From assembly GCA_963722705.1 (NCBI GenBank), contig CAVRNY010000006.1:631440-695439 (forward strand): 64,000 nucleotides of DNA, read 5' to 3'. Of the stretch, positions 34,878 through 45,249 are shown piece after piece. Both the position numbers and the translations under genes were made by a program. Numbering within the stretch: the stretch's first letter is position 1; each line of letters opens with the position of its first letter. The stretch comes from an uncultured Thermoleophilaceae bacterium (GTDB taxonomy: Bacteria > Actinomycetota > Thermoleophilia > Solirubrobacterales > Thermoleophilaceae). A model generated the notes under the pieces. The model ran no database searches. It was given only the letters and a program-made list of their open reading frames with translations, and was not told the origin of the DNA.

Positions 34878-35857
34878 CCGGCTCCGCGCAGCTCGGCCTC
34901 GGTGCTCGAGGCCGGCGGACCGGAGCTCTCGCGCCAGCTGCAGCGCACCGAGACCCGCCTGGCGGAGGTGGCCGACGGCCACGGCGCCGAGCTGGGACGC
35001 CACGCCGCCGGCACGCTGGCCGCGGGCGGCAAGCGGCTGCGGCCGGTGCTCGTGTTCCTCTGCGGCGGGGAGGGCGACGGGCTGCTGGCGGCCGCGGCGG
35101 CGGTCGAGCTGCTGCACATGGCCACGCTCGTCCACGACGACGTGCTCGACCAGGCGCCCCTTCGCCGCGGCGCGGCCGACCGTGTTCGCCGCCGCGGGCC
35201 GCGGCGCCGCCACCGCCACCGGCGACCTCCTCTTCTCGCGCGCCTTCGCCGAGCTGGCGTCCACGGGCAGCGAGCGGCGGTCGAGGCGCTGTCGCAGGCC
35301 TCGTCGGCGCTCGCCCGCGGCGAGCTGATGCAGCGCGCCGACGCCTGGTCGGAATCCGTGAGCCCCGGAGCGCTACCTGGAGCGCTGCGAGCTCAAGACC
35401 GGCCAGCCTCTTCTCGGCGGCCTGCCGGCTCGGCGCCCTGCTCGGCGACAGCCCGGGCGCCGGAGGCGGCGCTGGCCGGGTTCGGCCGGCGGATCGGCCT
35501 GGCGTTCCAGATCCTCGACGACGTGCTCGACGTGTCGGGCCCGAGCGAGCGGACGGGCAAGCAGCGCGGCACCGACCTGCTCGACGGCACCGTCACGCTG
35601 CCGCTGATCGTCGCCCGCGGAGCGCGATCCCGAGCTGCGCCGCGATGGACCTGCGCGTCGGTCGTCACCGAGCCCGCGCAGGCGGAGGCCGTGTGCGACC
35701 GCATCGCGCTCACCGGCGCCCTCGGCGAGGCCCGCGCAGCAGGCGCTCGGGCCACGTGGCCGAGGCAAAGGCGGCGCTGAGCGGAGCTGGAGCTGCCGGA
35801 GGCAGGCGCCGGGCGCTGGACCTGGTGGCGGACGGCGTGGTGGAGCGCTACGCCTGA
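34874..35857 (+). pseudogene. Polyprenyl diphosphate synthase (heptaprenyl/octaprenyl type; about eleven frame breaks)
   Basis: GTG 34874 overlaps the menG stop. GGKRLRPVLVFL, first DDxxD LLHMATLVHDDVLD, RPTVFAAAG...ATGDLLFSRAF, ERYLERCELKT, and second DDxxD GLAFQILDDVLD...GKQRGTDLLDG are spread over all three frames. Confidence 0.85.
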
Positions 35858-35889
35858 GCAAGGCCCGACGACCGACGACGCGCTACGAC

Positions 35890-36322
35890 CTAGAAGTCTT
35901 CGGGCAGGATCGCGCCGGCGTTCAGCGCCGCGGCGAAGCGGTCCACCTCGGCGGCCATGTTGGCCCGGCATGAGGCGGCGGTAGTCGGCGGCCAGCGCGT
36001 CGGTGCCGTGGTCGAGCTCCTCGTCGAAGGCGTCGACGCGTGCTCTGGCGAAGACGCCTTCGCGGCGGCTCTCGCACTCGGGGCAGCGCAGCAGACGCGC
36101 CAGGCGTCGCCGCCGGCCTCCTCCCACCGGTCGGGTAGACCAGCTCCGAGCCGCAGTCGCGGCAGACGTGCGAGCTCCTGGTCGGGCTCGCCGCCGCGCC
36201 GAAGCCCGAGGCCTCCTCTGGTGCTCCGGCGGCGTCCTTGAAGTACACGACCTCGATGGTCTTGCCGCTGGGAAGCACCACGCGCTTACGTAGTGCTGGA
36301 CTGTGTCCTCCATGCCGTCCAT
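35890..36322 (-). pseudogene. Hypothetical zinc-ribbon protein (frame breaks)
   Basis: MDGMEDTVQHYV, VVLPSGKTIEVVYFKD...CRDCGSELVYP, LRCPECESRREGVFARARVDAFDEELDHGTDALAADYRRL and MAAEVDRFAAALNAGAILPEDF lie in shifting minus frames. Two CxxC pairs are present. Confidence 0.4.
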
Positions 36323-36403
36323 ATCGGCTGTCGTCTCGGCAGCCGACTTGAGACCGAACTTGAGCCGCTATCCCGCTGATAGCCGGAATAGACTGCCGCG
36401 CCC

Positions 36404-36981
36404 GTGGTTCTCAGCGATCGCACCATCCGGTCGGAGATCGAGGCCGGCCGCATCGTGATCGACCCCTTCGACGCCCGAACTGATCCAGCCGTCGAGCATC
36501 GACGTGCGCGTCGACCGCCGCTTCCGCGTCTTCCACAACGCGCGCTACCCTACATCGACGTGCGGCAGCCGATGGAGGACCTGACCGAGCTCGTCGAGGT
36601 CGACGGCGACGAGCCGTTCATCCTCCACCCGGGCGAGTTCGTGCTGGGCCAGACGCTGGAGCGGGTCACGCTGCCCGACGACCTCGTCGCGCGGCTCGAG
36701 GGCAAGAGCTCGCTCGGCCGGCTCGGCCTGCTGATCCACTCGACGGCGGGCTTCGTGGACAGCGGCTTCTCGGGCAACCTGACGCTCGAGCTGTCGAACG
36801 TCGCGAACCTGCCGATCACGATCTACGAGGGCGATGCCGATCGGGCAGATCTCGTTCATGCGGATGGACGGGCCGGTCGAGAACGCCCTACGGCTCAGGC
36901 GCCACGGGCAGCAAGTACCAGGGCCAGGCGGAGCCCACCCCGAGCCGCTTCTACGAGAACTTCGACAAGCCGGCGAACTGA
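36404..36981 (+). pseudogene. dcd: dCTP deaminase (three to four frame breaks)
   Basis: [48 protein letters not shown]...[70 protein letters not shown] (track ORF 36834) and [15 protein letters not shown]. Confidence 0.9.
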
Positions 36982-37053
36982 TCCGCCCGAGGTCGCGGCC
37001 CGAAGGAACCCCAGCGTTACCATCGGAGAGGTGCCCCGAACTCAGGAGTGCAC

Positions 37054-37293
37054 ATGCCGAACATCGGCCCGCTCGAGATCGTCATCGTCCTCGTGATCGT
37101 CCTGGTCATCTTCGGGCCGAAGCGCCTGCCGGACCTCGGCCGCTCGCTGGGCAGCGGCATGCGGGAGTTCAAGGACTCGGTGACGGGCAAGGACGAGGAC
37201 GACAAGGAGCTTCCCGCCGCCGAGGAGAAGCCCGAGCCCGTCCACGCCGAGAAGTCCGAGGCCACGCCGGCCGCCGGCAAGACCCCTCCGTAG
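37054..37293 (+). CDS. tatA: Twin-arginine translocase subunit TatA/E
   Basis: [44 protein letters not shown] lies 7 nt upstream of ATG 37054. The track ORF starts at an in-frame GTG at 37048. Confidence 0.9.
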   Translation: MPNIGPLEIVIVLVIVLVIFGPKRLPDLGRSLGSGMREFKDSVTGKDEDDKELPAAEEKPEPVHAEKSEATPAAGKTPP

Positions 37294-37308
37294 CGGCTCG
37301 CCGGAGCC

Positions 37309-38163
37309 ATGAAGGAGGCCGCGGACCCCGTGCCGCGCATCAGACCGATCGAGCACGAGGAGCGGCTGACGCTCGTCGACCACCTCGACGAGCTGCGCTC
37401 GCGCATCATCATCGCGCTGGTCGCGTTCGTCGTGGCCTCCTCGCTCTGCTTCTGGCAGAACGACCTGATCCTCGAGATCGTCAACAAGCCGCTGCCGGAC
37501 GACCTGCCGGAGCCGATCACCTTCGGCGTCACCGAGCCGTTCACCACCACGCTCACCAACGCGGCCTACGCGGCGATCCTGCTCGCCCTGCCGGTGATCC
37601 TGTACCAGGTCTACGCCTTCGTCCTGCCGGCGTTCAGCCCCACCGAGCGGCGGGTCGCCACGCCGCTGCTGCTGATGGTGCCGGTCCTGTTCATCGGCGG
37701 CGTGGTCTTCTGCTACTTCGTCGTCCTGCCGCCCGCGACCGACTTCCTGCTCAGCTTCAACGCCGACGAGTTCAACACCCAGGTCCGCGCGCGGGACTAC
37801 TACAGCTTCGTCACGCTCACGATGCTGGCGATGGGGCTGGGGTTCCAGGTGCCGGTCGCCATCCTCGCGCTCGTGCGGCTGGGGATCACGACCCCGGCGA
37901 AGCTGCGCAAGAACCGCCGCTACGCGATCCTCGTGATCGCGGTCGTGGCGGCCTTGCTGCCGACGATCGACCCGGTGACGATGCTCCTCGAGATGGTCCC
38001 GCTGATCATCCTGTACGAGTTCAGCATCGTGCTCGCCTCCGCCCTGGGCCGCCGCCGAGAGCCCCTCGGCCGAGCCGGCCGGCGCCGAGGGCAGCTAGCT
38101 AGCGTTCTGCGCAGCGCATGCTGTTCGACCTCCAGGGAAAGCGCCGCCGGGTGGTGCAGGTGA
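37309..38163 (+). CDS. tatC: Twin-arginine translocase subunit TatC
   Basis: 284-aa ORF with motif LVDHLDELRSRIIIALVAFVV and six TM segments. The last 20 or so codons look like read-through. An alternative frame ends at the TAG-TAG pair at 38095..38100. Confidence 0.88.
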   Translation: MKEAADPVPRIRPIEHEERLTLVDHLDELRSRIIIALVAFVVASSLCFWQNDLILEIVNKPLPDDLPEPITFGVTEPFTTTLTNAAYAAILLALPVILYQVYAFVLPAFSPTERRVATPLLLMVPVLFIGGVVFCYFVVLPPATDFLLSFNADEFNTQVRARDYYSFVTLTMLAMGLGFQVPVAILALVRLGITTPAKLRKNRRYAILVIAVVAALLPTIDPVTMLLEMVPLIILYEFSIVLASALGRRREPLGRAGRRRGQLASVLRSACCSTSRESAAGWCR

Positions 38164-38802
38164 CCTACCTCACGCTCGCCGTGCTGATGGGCGGCGGGCT
38201 CGTCCTGTTCGGCATCGGCGGCGACGTCTCGGGCGGCCTCTTCGACGCCTTCTCCGAGCGCGGCGGCAGCGGCGGAAACGGCAACGACGCGGTCGAGAAG
38301 CGGATCGAGCGCAACGAGAAGCGGGTGCAGTCCGACGCCGCGCGAGCGAGGCCGCGCGCAAGGAGCTGGTGCGCGACTACTACCAGCTGGCCGTCGCGCA
38401 GACCTCGCCAGGACTCGACCGGCTTCCCGGACGATGCCCGCGACGAGCTGCGAAGGCGGCCGCCAACTGGAAGGCCTACCTCGAGCTCAGAGCCGAAGCA
38501 GGTCGACGCCTCGCTGGCGAACGTGGCGCTCCAGATCTACGACCCCACCGCCCTGAACCGGCCGAAGGAGGCCCAGGAGGCGGCGCGCGTGATCGCCGAG
38601 ACGCGCAACGACACCAACGCCTACCTCAACCTGGTCCAGTACGCGGCGCTCGCCGGCGACACCCGCACGGCGGACCTCGCGGGCCAGAAGGCCGTCGACC
38701 TGGCGCCGAAGTCCCAGAGGAAGGACGTGGAGGCGCAGGTCAAGCAGCTCAAGACCGCCCAGAACGCCCAGGGCGCAGGCGGGAACGGCACCCGAGCAGT
38801 AG
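38118..38802 (+). pseudogene. Hypothetical membrane-anchored protein (frame breaks; end tentative)
   Basis: MLFDLQGKRRRVVQVTYLTLAVLMGGGLVLFGIGG (TM). Helical repeat-like parts ELVRDYYQLAVAQTSP (track ORF 38369) and ANVALQIYDPTALNRPKEAQEAARVIAE...YLNLVQYAALAGDTRTADLAG are in different frames. Confidence 0.4.
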
Positions 38803-38867
38803 CCCTCGGCGGCTCGGCTGTACAGTTCGGCCCTGCCGGGGAGCGACCGACCAGTGACAGGAGCAGA

Positions 38868-39230
38868 GTGAACTTCCAGATCCAGGACGAGGAGATCGAC
38901 GAGCAGACCCACGTGATCGAGCTCGGCGGCGAGATCGACCTCTACACCGCGCCCGAGTTCAAGGAGCGGATGGTCGAGCTCATCGAGGCCGGCAAGAAGC
39001 AGATCGTCGTGGACCTCTCCGAGGCCACGTTCATCGACTCGACCACGCTCGGCGTGCTCGTCGGCGGCGTCAAGCGCCTGCGGCCCGCCGGCGGCTCGCT
39101 GGCGCTGGTCTGCACCGACCAGAACATCACCAAGATCTTCGAGATCACCGGCCTCGACCGCGTGTTCCCGATCCACGGGATCGCGAGACGGCCCTCGGCT
39201 CGCTCAACGCGCCCGCTGAGTAGCCTGTAG
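38868..39230 (+). CDS. STAS-domain anti-sigma factor antagonist (possible frame break in the last 15 or so codons)
   Basis: GTG 38868 is preceded by GGAGCA. HVIELGGEIDLYTAPEFKERMVELIEAGKKQIVVDLSEATFIDSTTLGVLVGG...ITKIFEITGLDRVFPIH. An alternative tail ETALGSLNAPAE would end at 39224. Confidence 0.8.
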   Translation: MNFQIQDEEIDEQTHVIELGGEIDLYTAPEFKERMVELIEAGKKQIVVDLSEATFIDSTTLGVLVGGVKRLRPAGGSLALVCTDQNITKIFEITGLDRVFPIHGIARRPSARSTRPLSSL

Positions 39231-39247
39231 GACGCCGCAGTACCCCG

Positions 39248-39320
39248 GGGCCGTTAGCTCAGCTGGTAGAGCAGGAGACTCTTAATCTCAAGGTCGTAGG
39301 TTCGATCCCTACACGGCCCA
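39248..39320 (+). tRNA. tRNA-Lys (anticodon CTT)
   Basis: Acceptor stem GGGCCGT/ACGGCCC, D-arm AGCTCAGCTGGTAGAGC, anticodon loop CTCTTAA, T-arm GGTTCGATCCC. CCA is not encoded. Confidence 0.9.
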
Positions 39321-39340
39321 TCTCGCGCTGTACCTGCCGG

Positions 39341-40012
39341 CTAGACCTGCTTCTGGTGCCGGATGAGCCCGCCGGCCACGACCAGCACTCCTCCGGCGAG
39401 CACCCAGAGGAGGAGCGAGGACTCCTGTCCGGTTCCGCCTCCTCCGAAGTCGCCTCCTGAGCCGGCATCGGTCGTCGCGCTATCGGTTGGAGTGGCCGCG
39501 GCTGTCTCGATCGCGTCGGTCGCGACCTCGTCGGTCCGGCCCACGATGTTGTTGAGGACCATCTCGATCGAGCCGGCGGCCGCCCCGGGGAAGGCCTTTT
39601 GCAGGCAAGCGTTGTAAGCCGTCGCATCCAGCTTGTCGAGGTCTGCGGTCTGGCTGTTCAGCGCGGCCCGCAGCCACCGCTCCACGCCACCCGCGTATCC
39701 CGACTTGAGGCACCCGCCGAGCGCTGCCTGATTCGTGTCCGGGGAGGCGATCCTCGTCACGGAGTCGTCGATCACGGAGGCCGCCTTCGTCTCACTGCCC
39801 CTCAGCGCCTCGTTGAGCGGCTGGATGCTCGCGCCCGGCGGCGGCACGATCGCGACGCGGGCGGGGACGCGCGGCAGCTCGTCGGTCCGCGGAGGCGCGG
39901 GTGCCGCGCTCGCGGACAACGGGGCGATCGCGATGAGCGCCACGAGCGCGGTGGACACGCCCAGGACGGCCTTCCTCACGGAGGCAACGAACAACGTCTT
40001 CTCTAGGCCCAC
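39341..40012 (-). CDS. Hypothetical secreted protein with a C-terminal membrane anchor
   Basis: Intact 223-aa ORF. N-terminal signal-like VSTALVALIAIAPLSASA. C-terminal G-rich linker plus TM and basic tail GGGGTGQESSLLLWVLAGGVLVVAGGLIRHQKQV. Confidence 0.55.
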   Translation of the reverse strand: MGLEKTLFVASVRKAVLGVSTALVALIAIAPLSASAAPAPPRTDELPRVPARVAIVPPPGASIQPLNEALRGSETKAASVIDDSVTRIASPDTNQAALGGCLKSGYAGGVERWLRAALNSQTADLDKLDATAYNACLQKAFPGAAAGSIEMVLNNIVGRTDEVATDAIETAAATPTDSATTDAGSGGDFGGGGTGQESSLLLWVLAGGVLVVAGGLIRHQKQV

Positions 40013-40162
40013 GCTACTCCCCCACCAGCTGGGCGTACTGGCTCGCTATTCGGCATGGGTTCTCGTTTGTCGGAGGCGTCTCGTTCGAGACTAGGTCAGT
40101 TCTTCCAAGGCGGCAAATAACCGGTCGGAACCAGCGCAAAACATCCCGTGGCCGGCGTCGGT

Positions 40163-40510
40163 CTACGGCGCGGCGGGCGAGTCGTTGACGAGCGTCACCG
40201 ATCGCTCGAGCCCCGTGATCGTGAACAGCCGGCGGAGCGTGTTGCTCGCGTTCGCCACCTGCACGGTGCGACCCGCGCGCTCGGCCTTGCGGGCGATCTC
40301 GACGATCGCGCGCAGTCCGCCGGCATCTATGAACTCGAGCTCGTCGAGGTCGATGATCAGCCAGCCCGGGTCATGGAGGTCGGCGACCTCCCGCTGGAAG
40401 CGGGGGACGGTGGCGCGGTCGAGCTCGCCGGAGATGGCCAGGCGAACCCCCGACTCTCCCGAGTCCTTCAGGCGGAAGGTGAGCGGGGTCAGAGGGGCGA
40501 TGTCCCCACT
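40163..40510 (-). CDS. STAS-domain anti-sigma factor antagonist (start codon not resolved)
   Basis: Not in the ORF track because there is no ATG/GTG/TTG start in frame. My translation of the minus strand reads DIAPLTPLTFRLKDSGESGVRLAISGELDRATVPRFQREVADLHDPGWLIIDLDELEFIDAGGLRAIVEIARKAERAGRTVQVANASNTLRRLFTITGLERSVTLVNDSPAAP, with the stop at 40163..40165. Confidence 0.7.
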   Translation of the reverse strand, partial: SGDIAPLTPLTFRLKDSGESGVRLAISGELDRATVPRFQREVADLHDPGWLIIDLDELEFIDAGGLRAIVEIARKAERAGRTVQVANASNTLRRLFTITGLERSVTLVNDSPAAP

Positions 40511-40575
40511 CTAGGTGCGATCTGGTGGCTGCGGGCACAATGACGCCCGCAACGTCCGGGTTTTCTCGGGGGAAC

Positions 40576-41910
40576 CTACGCTGCGGTGGGCAGCGGTTCG
40601 CGCATGAACGCGGGCTGTGCGACGACCTCAGTGCCGCGCCCGGGGGTGAGCGTGATGGCGCGCCGAGAGACGCGCTCGCCGGCCGGCTGGGCCGGCCGCA
40701 GGTCCACACGGTCCACGATCGCGGAGAGCACCTGGCGCATCTCGAAGAGTGCGAAGCTCGCGCCGATGCAGCGGCGCACCCCTCCGCCGAAGGGGATCCA
40801 GGTGTAGGTGCCGGCGGGCTGCTCGAGAAAGCGCTCGGGCCGGAAGGCCCGCGGCTCGGGATAGACGTCGGGCCGGCGGTGGATCAGGTGGATGCAGGGT
40901 GTGACCGAGGCGCCCGCGGGGAGCAGATGGCCCCCGATCTCCATGTCCTCGGTCAGCCGCCTCACGACGATCGGCAGCACGGGGCGCAGCCGCAGCGTCT
41001 CCTTCGCGACGGCGTCGGCGTACTCCTCGCCGCCGTCACGCACCTCGGCCCGCAGGCGCTCGAGCTTGTCCGGGTGGCGCACGAGCCGCTCGATCGCCCA
41101 TGCGAGCGAGGTGGCGGTGGTCTCGTGACCCGCGACGAGCAGGGTCATCAGCTCGTCGCGCAGCTCCTGGTCGGACATCGGCTCGCCGTCCTCGTGCCGC
41201 GCCTGGAGGAGCAGGGAGAGGATGTCGTCGCGCTCCGCGAGGTCGCTCGCGTCCCGGCGGCTGCGGATCTCGTCGAACAGCAGGCTGTCCACCGGGCCGA
41301 GCTCGTCGCGCAGCAGGCCCAGCCGTTCGATGCGCCGCGGCCCCAGCAGCGCCGCCACGAGCATGGTGGTCTTGCGGGTGGTGAAGCTCACGAGATGGCC
41401 GAGCGCGGCACGGAGCTCGTCCAGGCGCCGGCCCTCCTCGACTCCGAACACGGCACGCATGATGACCTCGAGCGTGACCGCCTGCATGCGCGGCCAGAGC
41501 TCGAATGGCTGATCCGTGGGCCAGCGGTCGATCTCGCGCTCCGCAACCTCGCGCATCACCGCGCCGTAGCTCTGCATGCGCTCGCCGTGGAACGGCGGTA
41601 GCAGCAGCTTGCGCTGCCGCATGTGGCGCTCGTCGTCGAGCAGCAGCACCGAGTTGTGGCCGAGCACGGGCAGCAGGATCACGTTGCCCTCGCCGGCGTG
41701 CAGCACCCGCGGGTCGCCCTTGAACACGTCCCTGAGCATGTCCGGGTGAGCGAGGAAGACCCACGTGCCCTCCTGCGCGATCCGCATCGTGAAGATGTCC
41801 CCGTAGCGCTCCTGGCAGCGCTCCATGAACGGCATCGGGCGGGTTCCCCAGCCGAGCGTTTGGAGTGCGCGCGGGTAGCGGGGGCCTGGCGGCAGTGCGG
41901 CGGTGGCCAT
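40576..41910 (-). CDS. Cytochrome P450
   Basis: Intact 444-aa ORF. Haem-binding loop FGGGVRRCIGASFA, EXXR motif (ETLR), I-helix LLVAGHETT. Confidence 0.95.
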   Translation of the reverse strand: MATAALPPGPRYPRALQTLGWGTRPMPFMERCQERYGDIFTMRIAQEGTWVFLAHPDMLRDVFKGDPRVLHAGEGNVILLPVLGHNSVLLLDDERHMRQRKLLLPPFHGERMQSYGAVMREVAEREIDRWPTDQPFELWPRMQAVTLEVIMRAVFGVEEGRRLDELRAALGHLVSFTTRKTTMLVAALLGPRRIERLGLLRDELGPVDSLLFDEIRSRRDASDLAERDDILSLLLQARHEDGEPMSDQELRDELMTLLVAGHETTATSLAWAIERLVRHPDKLERLRAEVRDGGEEYADAVAKETLRLRPVLPIVVRRLTEDMEIGGHLLPAGASVTPCIHLIHRRPDVYPEPRAFRPERFLEQPAGTYTWIPFGGGVRRCIGASFALFEMRQVLSAIVDRVDLRPAQPAGERVSRRAITLTPGRGTEVVAQPAFMREPLPTAA

Positions 41911-41953
41911 CGTCCGAACGAGAGTAGTGCCTCAGGGGTGATATGAACGCCGG

Positions 41954-42757
41954 GTGAGCGAAGAGCTGGCGCGTCTCGACGGCCGTACCGCCCCCGCGGC
42001 CGACACCGCCGTGCCGATCACCGACGAGGGCTTCCTGCGCGGTGACGGGGCGTTCGAGGTCGTGCGCGTGTACGCGGGGGTGCCGCTCCTCCTGGACGAG
42101 CACCTCGACCGCATGGAGCGCTCGGCCGCGAACCTGCGCCTCGAGGGCGGGCTTGCAGCGCGGAGGGGTTCGAGCGCGACGCCGCCGAGCTGCTGGAGCA
42201 GCGCGCGGAGGATCGGCGTTCGACGGCTGCCTGCGCCTGGTGCTGACCCGCGGAGGCCGGCGCCTGGCCATGACCGAGCCGCTGCCCGAGCTCGCCGGAG
42301 CGACTGCGCTGCGCGTTCGTGACCTATGCGCCCACGCGCGTGCTCGACGGCGTGAAGTCGCTCTCGTACGCCGCCAACATGCTCTGCAGCCGGATCGCCC
42401 GGGAGCGGGGCTTCGACGAGGCTCTGCTCGTGACCCCCCACGGCCGGGTGCTCGAGGCGCCCACCGTCCTCGCTTTTCTGGGTCGACGGCGACGGCAAGC
42501 TCTGCACGCCGCCGCTCGACGACCACATCCTCGCCTCGATCACGCGGGCGCACCTGATCGAGCTGCTGGAGGTGGAGGAGCGCTCCGTCACCACGGAAGA
42601 GCTGATGCAGGCGCAGGAGGCCTTCATCGCATCGACCACGCGGGAGGTGCACTCGGTCGCGGCCATCGAGGACCGGGAGTTCCCGGAGACCGGCGAGGTG
42701 ACGCGCAAGGCCGCCGGCGCCTTCCAGGCCCACGTGGAGAGCCTGCTGGGGCGCTAG
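41954..42757 (+). pseudogene. Class IV aminotransferase (branched-chain/D-amino-acid aminotransferase or ADC lyase family; about five frame breaks)
   Basis: ITDEGFLRGDGAFEVVRVYAGVPLLLDEHLDRMERSAANL, LVLTRGG, GVKSLSYAANMLCSRIARERGFDEALLV (track ORF 42319), LCTPPLDDHILASITRA and EAFIASTTREVHSVAAI (track ORF 42572..42757). Confidence 0.78.
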
Positions 42758-42910
42758 TCGGAATCCGAGGGCTCCGCCGGCGAGTTCTCCTCGTCGCGGG
42801 CCGTGCCGTCCACCTGGTAGCGCACGTACCAGGCGGCGTGCACGGCCACGTCGCGCGCTACTGACAGCGCGCCGACGGCTCCGCCCACTAGCTTCTTGGC
42901 CGCTCTCATC

Positions 42911-43997
42911 ATGCGTATACTTGACCGTCATCGGCAATCGGCCCCAGTTCGTCAAGGCGGCGGCCGTCTCGCGGCTGCTCGCGGGAGCGCCACGAGGAGG
43001 TGATCGTGCACACCGGCCAGCACTACGACGACGAGCTGTCGCGGGTCTTCTTCGAGGAGCTGGGCGTGCCCGCCCCGGACCGCGAGCTGGGCGCGGGCGG
43101 AGGCTCGAACACCGAGCAGACGGCGCGCATCCTGGGCCTGCTCGAGGAGGTCGTGGCGGAGGCGGAGCCGGACATGGTCCTGGTCTACGGCGACACGAAC
43201 TCCACCCTGGCCGGCGCCTTGGCCGCGGCCCAGGCCGCGGGTCCCGGTCGCGCCACGTGGAGGCGGGCATGCGCTCGTTCGACCGCGCGATGCCCGAGGA
43301 GCTGAACCGCGTGCTGACCGACCACGCGAGCGACCTGCTGCTGTGCTCGACCGAGACGGCGATGGACAACCTCGAGCGGGAGCACGCCGTCGGCGAGGCG
43401 CCACCTGGTCGGGCGACGTGATGGCGGACGTGTCGCTGGCGTTCGGCCCGATCGCGCGAGGAGCGCTCCACCGCGCTGGCCGAGCACGGCCTCGAGCCCG
43501 GCGGAGTACGTGCTGGCCACGGCCCACCGTGCCGGGAACGTGGACGATCCGGCCCGGCTCGAGCGCGCTGGTCTCGCTGCTCGAGGCGGTCCCCGGGACG
43601 TGCGTGCTGCCGCTGCACCCCCGCACCGCGGCCCGGCTGGAGCGAGCCGGGCTCCGCGCCCGGCTCGAGGCGCCGCGGTGCTGGTGCTTCCGCCGCTGGG
43701 CTACCTCGACTTCATGCGGCTGGCCATGCATGCGCGCGCGGTGCTCACCGATTCCGGCGGGGTCCAGAAGGAGGCCTACCTGCTGGGCGTGCCGTGCGTG
43801 ACGCTGCGCGAGAGCACGGAGTGGGTCGAGACCGTGGACGCGGGCTGGAACACCCTGGTGGGGCTCGACCGCCGAGGCCGCGCTGGCCGCGCTGGAGCGC
43901 CCGCCGCCCGCCGATGACGCGCCCCGAGCTGTACGGCGGGGGGCAAGCCGCTGAGCGGATCAGAGACGTTCTCTCCGACTACACTCCCCGGCCATGA
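42911..43997 (+). pseudogene. UDP-N-acetylglucosamine 2-epimerase (WecB/WbpI-like; about six frame breaks)
   Basis: ATG 42911 gives MRIL, then one extra base at 42923, then TVIGNRPQFVKAAAV. Further pieces: [88 protein letters not shown]. Confidence 0.85.
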
Positions 43998-45249
43998 AGA
44001 TCGGGATCGTAGGACTGGGGTACGTGGGCCTCCCCCTGGTGCTCGCCTTCGCCGAGGAGGGTCACGACGTGGTCGGCGTGGACGCCGACCGCGCCGCGTG
44101 GCGTCCGCTTTCGCGCTGGCGAGAGCTACATCGAGGACGTGCCCGCCGAGCGCCTCGCGGCCGTCGTCGGAGCGCATCCTGGCCAGCACGCGGTACGAGG
44201 AGCTGGCCGACTGCGACGCCGTTCTGATCGCCGTGCCGACGCCGCTCACGCGCAACCGCGAGCCCGACCTCGGTCCGCTGGTCTCGGCCGGCACGCTCGC
44301 TGGCGGGCGTCCTGCGGCGCCGGCCAGCTGGTGGTGCTCGAGTCCACGACCTACCCCGGCACGACTCGCGAGCGCCTGGTCCCGCTGCTGGAGGAGTCGG
44401 GGCTTGCCGCGGGGCGGGACTTCAACGTGGCCTTCTCGCCCGAGCGCGTGGACCCGGGCCGCACCGACTACACGCTGCGGAACACGCCCGAAGATCGTCG
44501 GCGGGCTCACGCCCGCCTGCCTCGACCGGGCGATGGCGATGTACGGGCGAGGTCTGCGACGACCTCGTGCCCGTCTCCGGCCCCGAGCCGGCGGAGCTGG
44601 CCAAGCTGCTGGAGAACGTCTTCCGCTCGGTCAACATCGCGCTCGTCAACGAGCTGGCCATGCTCTGCGACCGGATGGGCATCGACGTCTGGGAGGTGGT
44701 CGACGCCGCGGCCACCAAGCCGTACGGCTTCATGCGCTTCGACCCGGGGCCCGGCATGGGCGGCCACTGCCTGCCCGTCGACCCCTTCTACCTGGCGTGG
44801 AAGGCGCGCGAGTACGGCCAGCCGACCGAGTTCGTGGAGCTGGCGGGCGAGGTGAACCAGCGCATGCCGGAGTTCTGCGTGGAGCGGGTCTCCCGGGCGC
44901 TGAACGACCACTCCAAGGCGGTCCGCGGCTCCAGGGTGGCGATCCTCGGCGTGTCCTACAAGCCGGGCGTCGGCGACCTGCGCGAGTCGCCCGCGATCAA
45001 GATCATGCGGCAGCTGTACGAGCGCGGAGCCGACCTCGTCTATCACGACGACCACGTGTCCGGAGCTGCCACGACATGGAGCTCACCTCGGACCCGCTCG
45101 ACGTGGCGCTCGAGGATGCCGACTGCGCGGTGATCGTGACCGCCCATCCGGGGCTCGACCTCGAACAGGTGGTCCAGACCGCTCCCCTGGTCGTGGACTT
45201 CAGCGGCGTCACGCGGGGGATCGAGGCGCCCAACCTGGTGCGGCTGTGA
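43994..45249 (+). pseudogene. Nucleotide-sugar 6-dehydrogenase (UDP-ManNAc/UDP-GlcNAc dehydrogenase, WecC/WbpA-like; frame breaks)
   Basis: ATGA overlap with the epimerase stop. [74 protein letters not shown]...GGHCLPVDPFYL (track ORF 44567) and VAILGVSYKPGVGDLRESPA. Confidence 0.85.

Noticed and set aside
32801-35857. 1018-aa plus-strand ORF that looks like a giant multidomain protein
   Set aside because: It is a read-through of one stop-free frame across qcrB, qcrC, menG and the polyprenyl synthase. It contains real fragments of each gene only where the frame breaks happen to bring them into this frame. The rest is Arg/Pro/Ala-rich nonsense.
39248-40012. tRNA-Lys (and tRNA-Ile at 16415) as integration sites of a genomic island or prophage
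   Set aside because: No integrase, no direct repeat of the tRNA 3' end downstream, and no phage-like or clearly foreign genes. The flanking genes are ordinary chromosomal ones.
42754-42912. 52-codon minus-strand ORF (MMRAAKKLVGGAVGALSVARDVAVHAAWYVRYQVDGTARDEENSPAEPSDSD) filling the spacer between the class IV aminotransferase and the epimerase; its stop shares a CTAG with the plus-strand TAG at 42755..42757
   Set aside because: It is short, has no recognisable motif and no visible ribosome-binding site, and lies in a region with known indel problems. It cannot be distinguished from a chance ORF.
41036-43618. 860-aa minus-strand ORF
   Set aside because: It is out of frame within the intact P450 gene (same strand) and antisense to the class IV aminotransferase and epimerase genes. 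Its composition is low-complexity Arg/Pro/Gly with no motifs.
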